64,000 nucleotides of DNA from Lama glama (taxonomy: Eukaryota). The DNA is taken from the NCBI GenBank assembly GCA_028534125.1, contig CM052817.1, positions 105,340,001 through 105,404,000 of the forward strand. The letters are read 5' to 3'. This document shows positions 54,096 to 64,000 of this stretch, one piece after another (within the stretch, counting starts at the first letter, position 1; every line of letters starts with the position of its first letter). Both the position numbers and the translations under genes were made by a program. The notes beneath the pieces are model-generated. The model did no database searches and had not been told where the DNA came from. It was given only the letters and a program-made list of their open reading frames with translations.

Positions 54096-55073
54096 AAAAC
54101 AAAAGCTTTTCACTATGATAAGTACAGCAATCTTGCCACAAAAAGCTTAGATATTTTAGTTACCTGGTGGATAGATACAAAAATGATTACTTTCAAATGT
54201 ATGTATTAGAATATATCAATTAGTATTCAATTTGTATTAGTATTAATATTAGTATATTCAATTGGTATTAGTATTAATATTCACATTTAATACTATTAAT
54301 ACAGTTAGTATTCTCCTAATTACTTGTTGCAAATAAATTAAATGGAATGAAATATATAATTTTTCTCTGAATATTTTTATCTTATAAACAGTATGATCCA
54401 GTTGAATTCTAATGTTTAATGTCTTATTTTAAAAATATGATATATACTATTTTTAAAAGATTTGTATATATGTCTATATGCCACTGGAATCCTTAATCAC
54501 CTAAGGAAGAAAATCAATACATTGCAGAGTACATGGTTACTCAGTTGATTGATTTATGCTTCCATGCTGAAATTAAAATGTAGGATGTGAATATACAAAA
54601 TAAAGTCCTCTATAATTCAAAAGGCCTTCAGGAATAAAAATTATAATTTTTAATATTTTATAAAAATTCTTTTGAAATTATGTAAATCCCTGATTATTTA
54701 ATTAGAAAAAATGTAATAGTTTTTCAGTTTTAGGATATTAAAATTTTAATGTTTCATCATTTTCTACACCTGCAGCATTATTAGATACAAACTCCATTAT
54801 TTATACTATAATCACTAATATTTATTGAGGAATAAAACTAATTCCTAATATTATATGAAACAAAATGGAAGATATCAACTTTTCCCAGTTGCATTAAGCT
54901 GATTTATTACTGTCTAATTTGTGTGCAAGTGTGGTGCGGTGGGGTGGTAAACATCTCTCCAGCGTTTAAATTAAAATTTTCATAAGGCATTAATACTCTG
55001 GTGAAGATCAGTTAAAGGAATTATTACCTGATAACCAAGTTTAGCATGAACATTTTAGAAAATAAGATAGTAT

Positions 55074-55147
55074 TATCAGTTGAAGCATAAGAAATTGCTA
55101 ATATTCAACCATTTTCACCTACAAAATAATATTGTGTATTTCAATCA
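55074..55147. mobile_element. MADE2 mariner-derived MITE relic
   Basis: gttgaagcataagaaattgctaatattcaaccattttcacctacaaaa matches the recalled MADE2 consensus. Confidence 0.7.
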
Positions 55148-56214
55148 TTGAAAGTCAAAGTAAATTTATATGTAAGTCCATCATTATAAAATATGTAATC
55201 TATCAGTTTTACCATTAATTAAAGAAACAGTTCAGGTAGCAAAACAACGAAGTTACCAAAAAAAGGCCTATGTAATTATTGGCAGTATTTTTGAGAGTTT
55301 AGCATCATTATGGAATTCGGAGGTCGTGACAATGTATCAGAAAGATAAGGCTAAACTAACACTTGATGGTTTAATTATCTAGGCAAGTACTGATCCTATG
55401 TGTCACCTATCTATGTCCATGACTACATAGGAGGAGGAGGAAACCAGTATTCTCTTGTGGTCCGGGCGGCAGTCCTGTGTCACTGATGAAGCCTGATATT
55501 GTCAGATATCTGGTGGGAAAGATCATAGGAAAGTAGCAGCGATATGCTGCTCCTTATTCTCATTTGTGCTGCACTAGAAAGTCTAGCTTCTTGGGTCAAG
55601 AATACTTGTTCCCAACCCCACACCTGCCACCTAGAAGCCAGGTCCTTCTCCGCTCAATGACTAGGACATGCGAAAAATATTGTGACATGTGAAAAACAAT
55701 CCTAATGGTCTTTAGTGAGGCTTGAACAGCATGATGTGTAAACACCTTTATCACAGCGGCTGGCACAGAGTTACGTATGCCCTAAAAGTGAATTAAAATC
55801 ATTAAAGGTATGATTTTCTGCTGCTTGCTGTATTTCTGCTCTGATGTATCATATATAGTGTCCCAGCTCCAACTGCGGTGGATATTTGTCAGGCAACTGC
55901 AAAACATCTGTATAAATTCAGTTTCATATTTCTCTCCTTGAACTAGCTCCACACTTAAAATCAAACGATTGGTCTCAATTTCAATCTTTGCTACTTACTC
56001 ACCGTGTGGTAAGCCTTGTAACTTAATTGAGCTCTTCAGTTAAGTGTGAATCATAAATCTCACTTAAAAGCTGGTTACTAAGAAAAGGACATGATGTATA
56101 ATAGTCTCTTTTTTTAAATTAATACTTATTTGAAAGAAAGAAATATACCAACTGATCTTTTTCTTATTCGTGTAGAATTAAGGGCATTTCTAATATACTT
56201 TTGAAATATACTCA

Positions 56215-56470
56215 TGAAATGCAATGTGGCCCAGTGATTAAGAGAACAGGCATTGGGGTCAGATTATGTCTGCTGGCTGTGCTTCTGCTAATTATTAGCT
56301 CTGAGACCTTGGGCAAGTTAGCCAGACATATGAGCCTCCATTTTCCTATCTGCAAAATGGAGCTAAGAACAGTACCTACCCTGCAGGGTTGTGCTGAATG
56401 AACACTCTAAAAAATGAAACTCTCAAAGCACAGTCCTGGTCACATCGTAAGTGCCCTGTACATATGAAAC
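56215..56470 (+). mobile_element. MIR SINE
   Basis: 'tagctctgagaccttgggcaagtta..tgagcctccattttcctatctgcaaaatgg..agtacctacc' MIR core. Confidence 0.8.
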
Positions 56471-56812
56471 GCATTTCTGATTGATATCCCTGGGCTTTGA
56501 TTTACTTTTGACAATCACTGATATAGCCAAGAGAGCATTACTAAACAATGAACACATTCTTGAAAATAATTTTCTGCCTCATAGGAACTTCATGGTATAA
56601 ATATGCACCACACAAATAAGTGCGTGTGCATGTGTGTCTGCATAAACACATTTGGAAGAAACACACGTTTCTTTGTTCACAGGCAGACACACTGAAATGA
56701 CCAAAATAGTTGTTTGTTGAAATTGTTCAAACATCTGCAGTGAATTGGACATAGGTGGTGGTCCTGTAGTTACGTGACAATATAAGAAGAGATCTGATTT
56801 TTCTAAAGTTAG

Positions 56813-57321
56813 TGTTACCAAGTCCAAACTCACTCTGCTCACATCAAGACAGGCCAGTAAATTGGGAGACGAGATACTGGGGCAAGGACAAATGACTTTA
56901 TTTGAAAAGCCAGCAGATCAAGAAGTGGGGGACTAATGGCTTGGAAAATCATCTTCCCCAAGTCAGAATACAGGCCTCTTTTATACTAAAAAGGGAAGTG
57001 GGTGTGGTTGGTTGTTGCAGACTTCTTGGTGTTGGAATCCTTTGCTCTTGCAGCCGTCCACGTGGGTCAGGTCATGGTGTCCCTGTAAACCTCTAACAGG
57101 ACAAATATATATTTTCTATTCTGCAATGTTAAATCTTTGTATGAATGGGAAAGTGTTACACCATTAAGGTCAGAGCCTTGAGAATGGGCTCTCCTGTCTA
57201 TTTCAGGCTCTAGGCAACATTCTTTTACAAAAGGTGCAGAACCAGCCTAGGAAACAGAACACAGAGTTAAAGCCAAAGGAACAGATCTAATAGGGAGTCA
57301 GATTTGTTCTTTCCTACTACA
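56813..57321 (-). mobile_element. ERV1-type solo LTR with 4-bp TSD
   Basis: TG..CA termini, TTAG at 56809-56812 and 57322-57325, and AATAAA on the minus strand near 56900. Confidence 0.88.
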
Positions 57322-58800
57322 TTAGAACTAGTAGTTTTATAGTATCATGGAGAGAAAGAGGAGCGCTGGAGTCAGGGAAGCCTGTCATTACTCTAAACTC
57401 CACCTCTAACTCTGTGACTTTATCCAGCCTCTCATCTCAGACTTAAAAATACCCTCATCCCTGACCATAATGCTGAGCTAGGTGAATGGTAACGTCCTCT
57501 CCATATAAAACTCTGAAACTGAGAACTCTATACCAGTTCCTGACTTTGATAATTCTGTAACATAGCCTATAGAAATAGGATTAAAAACATACCTATATTT
57601 TTCACAAAGGATAGAATTTAAGCTCTAGAGGCATTTCCCTAGCAAAGTCTCAGTAATATTAAGTTTGCAGAATTAAAAAAGTTGGCATTCTTCTCCAGTC
57701 TGGAATATAATTAAAATATTAAGGCACTGGGATTATTGCATTTTTAGAAGAAAGAAAAAAAATACCATTATTAATTTATTAAAAAAGCATTGAAGTCAAT
57801 CTAGGACACTGAAAATTCTTAAGGGTGATTTCTAAGGAGTCACCGTTTTTGCTGCATACAGTCAGCAGTGCACTGTGCTCCTGTGTTCTGTTTTAATAGA
57901 CGTTATGCAGCTATGTAAGAGTTCACTGTTAACAGAATACATGACAAATAGCCGACGTTCAGAAACAGTTTCAGATTCCCTGATGAGAAAACAAAAGTGC
58001 ATGTCTGCTTATTTTTTTCCTAGTTAAAAGACATTTAGTGATTTTTTTCCCTTATTGTGCTATTTAATTGGAAAGGCTATGAAAGCATTCTGATAATCCG
58101 GTGGTTTACCTGCGAAAGATTATGCAATGCCTTTAGCTGACATTGATGGCAACATTAGAAAAATGAAGCAAAACCATAATCAAAGAATTACCATAAGATG
58201 AGGAGTTTAAAGTATCAGAATAAAATATAGAACTTGAAAACCATCGTTCCAGTGTTAAAAACTAATTATGACTTAGAAGTTCCATTATCTGTCTTAAGTT
58301 TAAGACAACTGCTAAATGGATCATTTCTTTGTTGTTTAGCAATTTGAGTTTCTCTTCGATCAAGGTCCTCGCCATCCAAACGGAACATAAAGATTTTATT
58401 GGTCTCTAATGATGCCAACTACGGCTGTACAATCATCCCTTTAGAGTCCAAGCTCTCTCTGCTCTTAGATCTGCTGTCGCTTGATCACAACTGCAGAAGT
58501 ATCTTTAAGTATATTTGCTTAACCAGATGGTAAATGGTTGTACAGGGATTTACATCCATCTTCGTTACTGTGTGACTAAGCGCTAAAACAGCAATGTTAG
58601 CTATGGTGGGAAAACACAGATTTGTATCAATGTAAAAATTGTTTCTCTTTGTTTATTGCAAGAAGCAGGTATGGATATTTGCAGCATGAAGATGCAACAT
58701 TAGGGCAAACATTTTTATAGGAGGTACTTAAATATTTGAGTCATACTTCTAATTAAAAGTTTAGTAAAGCAGGAAATATTGGTATAAAATGCTATGTAGC

Positions 58801-58935
58801 TCCTAGAGAATGTCATTCTAAGTGAAGTAAGCCAGAAAGAGAAAGAAAAATACCATATGAGATCGCTCATATGTGGAATCTAAAAAACAAAAACAAACAA
58901 ACAAACAAAAACAAAGCATAAATACAGGACAGAAA
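58801..58935 (+). mobile_element. Young L1 ORF2-end fragment running into a gap
   Basis: gagaatgtcattctaagtgaagtaagccagaaagagaaagaaaaataccat. Confidence 0.85.
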
Positions 58936-59035
58936 NNNNNNNNNNNNNNNNNNNNNNNNNNNNNNNNNNNNNNNNNNNNNNNNNNNNNNNNNNNNNNNNN
59001 NNNNNNNNNNNNNNNNNNNNNNNNNNNNNNNNNNN
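58936..59035. other. Assembly gap (100 N)
   Basis: Run of N. Confidence 1.
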
Positions 59036-59223
59036 AAAAAAAAATCAAGGACCTCCCCCCAAATGTCCCCTTACCCACACTGAAAAAGTATAAAGAAGCA
59101 GGTGACACTAATTTTAATAAATATTTGATTTAACCAATAACAAAAAAAAAAATTCCTGACCTATTTTCTGGAAGAAAATCTGAAGAATTTCTACTTGCTA
59201 TATTCTCCTGTAACTATTAATTT

Positions 59224-59339
59224 ATGTGTTTTTTCATTTGTTTTTCTCCCCTGTAATAGGAGCACTGGGGATTGAACCCAGGACCTTGCACACATCAAGC
59301 ATGTGCTCTACCACTAAGCTACACCCACAAACCCCCTAT
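59224..59339 (-). mobile_element. tRNA-Ala-derived SINE (Vic-1 type) with TSD
   Basis: SINE body, with TAACT(A/G)TTAATTT at 59211 and 59340. Confidence 0.85.
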
Positions 59340-59539
59340 TAACTGTTAATTTAAATTGTTAGAAAGATGGCTCCAGAAATCATGATATTCAGAAGTATTC
59401 TAATTTCCTGTATATCATTAACAATGTTTCGCATCTGTAGAAATTAGTAACAAAACTTATGGTGTGGTATGAGATTTATTAAGGGTTTAAAATATTTTTT
59501 GAGCTGTCTTACTGATTTTGCACATTTTTGAAAAACTGT

Positions 59540-59663
59540 TTTTGTTTTGAGGGGAAGTAATTAAGTTTGTTTGTTTGTTTGCTTGTTTATTTAATGGCAG
59601 TCCTGGGGATTGAACCCAGGACCTCATGTATGCTCTACCATTGAGCTACATTCTCCTTCCCCC
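59540..59663 (-). mobile_element. tRNA-Ala-derived SINE (Vic-1 type)
   Basis: ctggggattgaacccaggacctcatg..tgctctacca.tgagcta. Confidence 0.85.
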
Positions 59664-59949
59664 AAGATTTAGTAAAAGTTTAATCTGAAATAATTTGAGC
59701 TAACTTCGGGTTAATTTTTGAAATTTGAAGAGCTGTGGAAAATATATGCATAGATATATTTAGTATATTTTGAACCTACACACTTCTAAAGGTTTATGTA
59801 TCCAAAGACAGCTAGAATTAAAACTTCTGTGGCAAAGAAAACCGCTTTGGTGGTGTCCTAGGGTAATGAGTATAAACTGAGAAGAGTTCTAATATTAAAT
59901 AGACTTATAGATTTTTGTCTCTTTTTTTGAAACCAGGCAATTATTAGCC

Positions 59950-60135
59950 ACTATATATAAAAATAGATTAAAAAACAAAAGCAAATTTCTTCTGTATAAC
60001 AAGGGGAACTATATTCAATATCTTGTAATACCTTTAGTGAGAATGAATATATGTATGCATATGAATGACTGGGACACTGGTACAGTGGAAACTGACAAAT
60101 TGTTACTGATTGCATTTCAATTTTAAAACAAAGGA
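59950..60135 (+). mobile_element. Short L1 3' end
   Basis: 'gggaactatattcaatatcttgtaat..gactgggaca..tttcaa' followed by an A-rich tail. Confidence 0.75.
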
Positions 60136-63100
60136 AAAAATGTTTAGAGTAATGGCAAAATTGTATGAATTCTGAATTATTTTAGTAACTAAAATAATGT
60201 GATCAGTGATTTTTATCCCTGCATAACAAAATGAACATTCAGCTTATATAGGACTGTCACTAAAACAGGGAAGCACATGAAAACAGATTTAAGTTGAAAG
60301 GTTAGTAGAAAATGAGAAGGTTTTTGGTTGCATTAAGGTCTAAGCTGGTAGTTGTTCAAACAATGACGTGATTGAAGTGAAAGAGCAGCAATTTACAATC
60401 GTGGGATCCTGGAGTGTGAAATATTTGAGAACAAGCACACACGAGGAATAACACAAACCTATATGCACCCGTGAGCACGGATAGCTGATGTGGACTGGAA
60501 GGAAAGCTTACCGGACAGGTGACGGTCAAAGCTACCCTGTCAGTTACGGTCGGTCATTCAAATAGGCTTCTTTGACGGTAGACATTTGTGTTGGAGAGAA
60601 AGATTACTACCATTAACCTCAAGGCGTGTCAAGGAAGTGATTAGGTCAGAAAGTAAGTAGGTCAACAAAGTCCCTCTTTTCTCCCTGCTGGGCTTAAAAC
60701 ATTCTGTAGTCATTGACATATTCGGATTTCTGTATATTAAATTACCTAACTGGGTAAGTTATGCGATATTTGTATGCTGCTAATTCAATCATCATATGTG
60801 TGAGGAGTATACGGAATTCTTTTTCAAAATTTTCCCCAAACTAACTCGATAATACATCTATAATTTATTGATTTCTAACTATATGCTATCAGATGTGATT
60901 TTTGTCTAAAATTCAAAACATCATCATGAGCAAGGGGATATTATCCACATTTTACTTATGAAAGGTCATTTTATTTATAAGAGATAATGACTTAGACAAG
61001 ATCACCAGCTAATAACTAGAGTAAATAGAGGAATGGAGACTTGAAATCAAATATGTAAATCATCTTTTTTTTCCCTTCTTATCATTGCTATACCAGATTA
61101 TTTATCTTAGCAACTAAATTGTCTTTTCTGACCTTGCCCTGATATCCTGGCAAATAGAATACCATTTTGTCTTTAAAGAAGAGAACAAAGTTTTCTGAAT
61201 TCTATTCTGGGTGTGTAAAAGACAACAACAAAACTAAGGGAATACAATTCTTAAAAAAGGAGTAAATTTTTCAGGGACAACATGAAGAAACAATGAGTGA
61301 GTTGAAAAGGGAGACTTTTGACCACATAAAACAAATGAAGATCAAAATAGTGTAAGTAAAAAGTGAATAGCTAATAATTCAGAAGCAGCAAGGAACAGAA
61401 TTGACAACGGAAAATACAAAGGCTGAGGAATTCATAGTTATGAAGATGAAAAATCAGAGTGAGCTAGGTCAGTAGGAAATGATGGTATTTTTAGACTGAA
61501 GCAGACATCAGGGTCTAGGGGAGCAGCGTCTAATTTATCTATTAAGTCAGAATCATTAGGGGCCCTGTTGATACCAGCTGCTTTGCAGTTAAAAACACAG
61601 CATACAGCTTCATTGTTTAACCAAAGGAGAGAGACAGACAGAGAAGGACAGAGGGACACAGAGGATGAATATTAATATTTTCTCTAACATGAGTCTTTCC
61701 ATGACTTCTAATAACTAAATTTTATAAACAATTTTGCTGGTTCCAAAGTATTTCTGTATTTTTTTCTTTTTACTCAAAGTAACACTGTGAAATAAGAAAA
61801 CAGATAACACTGGTCTTAAAAGATTATTTGTTTCACATTAATAGTTAATAGAGAAATAGGACTTACACTATGATATGCTATGATCCATTCAAACTTGAAT
61901 TTGTAATATTTGACATCACTTTACAGCTAAAGGTCAATATGCTGTCAACCTATAGCTTAATAAAGTACATCTCTTAGGTGCCAGCCAGGTAAATTGTGGC
62001 ATGTGAATGACTTTAGTTTTCACCTTAATGGGTTTCATCAAAACGTGTTTTAAATATGTCATATAGATGAATTTATTTCCATTTACAAACACAGAGAGGA
62101 AGAGGAATAAACATGGAGGTGTCTTAATTTTGTAAATCTTACGTGCTTCGGAACCGTATCAGATGGCTGGGATCTCTCCTTTCATATCTGTGCTGTTGGC
62201 ACTGACTTTGTGATCTGCTAATGTTTTTCAAAATTATGAGATCTGATTATAAAACATGAATCTTCATTATAATGAAAATAACCAACTAAGTTTTTAATTT
62301 CCTTTTATCAAGAAAATCTTACGGTTATTGGAGAGAGGTAGTATTAAGCATGGAAAGTCGATTAGAGAAAGCAGTAAGAAGCGTGGAAAATCATATTTTC
62401 CAAATGGCTGGATTACAACCATTCACATCAAAAACAGGAGTCGAAAAATGTATTTATATCTCCAATAAGGTTATTGTAATCCTCCTAGATAACATGTTTA
62501 TTTCATGAACTTCCTGGGGAAGATAACGGATTTACTTCCCTGGGATGTTCAAGGATAAGCATGAATTATCATTGTCCTGGATTTCTCCAGCCGAATAACA
62601 TCCAAATGAATCCATTGTATCATAATAAGATAGAATCACTGTCTTTCAATAAAACCAAATACTATTTAAAGAAAAAGCATTCAGACACCTCTATGATGAA
62701 TAATCATTAAACGCTATTTAAAGTTTTGCTAAATCTAAGATACTTAGACTGGTATTTAATTGTAGATTAAAAAAAATTAAATGCTTTTTATTCTTCTCAG
62801 TTATAAACATAGTCACACATTTGGTATGCACATCCATAAATAAATTCCTAATTACCAGTACAACTTATATCAGAAATCCAAATAAAAAATACCAATTGTA
62901 ATGCAAGAACACTGTTCATCTCTACATGAAATGCTTTGTTAAAAGAGGGAAAAATAAGATAATGTGCTGTATACATAGAAGGGTCTTGAAGAAATTTTGA
63001 GTTAATTATTTTATGAAGAAAATATGAATCATCAATGAATTAATTTAATATGGTAAAATTAATAATTATTTCCTCGTATGTATGACTTACAAACCTCCTG

Positions 63101-63479
63101 CCTTATTGTGTTCCTTCAATAAAGGATACAACAGTTGAAATATATAGGAAACTAAACATCTATAGGGAAATACATGGTATGTTTAGTACTCTTTATGTCA
63201 GCATAGACAAAAATGAGTAAAAGTGACTGAACACATCAAGTCAGAAGCATTTAGTAGCACCATTGATGTTTGGTGTACTGTTGTCTGGCTGGAGTCATAA
63301 AATGAGGCAGAGACAGAATCAGAGTGTGACTAGTTCTTAATTTATCTGCCAAATGCACAACAACTGATTACTAAAATCCAAGTATATATTAAATACAATC
63401 TCACGTTTCTGTCACCCATCATCCATTAGAAATAGTCATTGTGTTTAAACTCAGAAAGCATTTGCTGGATTGCAGACCT

Positions 63480-63960
63480 CAGTGGAATCTCTGACAAAAC
63501 CCTCTTCTGGACAAAATGCAAAGTAACCCACGGGCACCATCAGTGCTGGTTTATTAGTCCAGGGTGCTGCTTCCTGTCACAAGCAATTCCCAGGTCTGCT
63601 GCAACGTAACAGGATGCACCATGACTGCTTCCACCTGCTCTCTTCCAGTAGGGGTTTTTCAGGGGGTTTCAGGGTTGGCGGGCTCTGCTCCATGCTATAA
63701 TCAGAGACCTGGGCTGCTGCTGCTTCCACCATAGGGCTCTGCTCTGTGGCAGGTCTGTAGGTTCCCTTTGTCATCCACGGAGTGCAGAAAGGATGAGGAT
63801 CCCCCGTGGGGGACTTTAATGGGCCAGGCTACAAGGGAAACACCTTGCCCTACCACGTGGCGTTGACCAGAACTCAGTCACTTGGCTGTGCCTCACTTAA
63901 GGGAGGCTGGGAAAAGCAGTGTGATTGGATGAGCAGGAGAAAAAGAAGTGTATGCTTTCT
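63480..63960. mobile_element. Old MLT1 (J/K-like) LTR relic
   Basis: 'gctctgctcca', 'ccagaactcagtcac.tggc' and 'aagggaggctgggaaa' MLT1 motifs. Confidence 0.55.
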
Positions 63961-64000
63961 TGTCTCTTGTTTTTCCCCCATTAACCCATTGACCTCATCA

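Noticed and set aside
45864..57321. Two same-orientation related LTRs ~11 kb apart as the ends of one provirus
   Set aside because: The second LTR has its own TSD (TTAG), the copies are clearly diverged, and the interval holds older MIR, L2 and L1MC sequence with no gag/pol/env.
44422..58826. The 58801 L1 fragment as the displaced continuation of the L1 ending at 44448
   Set aside because: The ~26-nt overlap has three mismatches, and independent truncated copies are abundant here.
1..64000. CRISPR array, operon, NUMT, processed pseudogene or non-retroviral viral insert
   Set aside because: I saw no regularly spaced repeats and no mitochondrial, viral or host-protein similarity recognisable by eye. 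A BLASTX search would be needed to exclude highly decayed copies.

Overview
This is AT-rich mammalian genomic DNA, most likely camelid (camel, alpaca or vicuna). The evidence is five tRNA-Ala-derived SINEs of the Vic-1 type and camelid/artiodactyl-type L1 3' ends. I recognise no host protein-coding exon, RNA gene or prokaryotic-type system. The window is intronic or intergenic and dominated by transposon relics: a disrupted 2.9-kb L1 ORF2 (41572-44448), about 20 further L1 fragments, solo LTRs (MLT1A, a MER41-like LTR, two related ERV1-type LTRs), DNA-transposon relics (MER103C, MER5, MER44A, MADE2), L2 and MIR. There are three assembly gaps (500, 500 and 100 N). The ORF track consists of L1 pieces, N-gap artefacts and chance ORFs. 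I found no convincing undescribed biological system. The best leads are modest: a minus-strand bias of retroelements suggesting a + strand host transcript; a 31-nt candidate microexon sitting on a hairpin; two non-repeat hairpins; motif-dense candidate enhancers; a twin-primed L1; tiny TSD-flanked L1 insertions; and a closely spaced inverted L1 pair. Repeat family names come from recalled consensus sequences, not a database search, and boundaries without a TSD are approximate.
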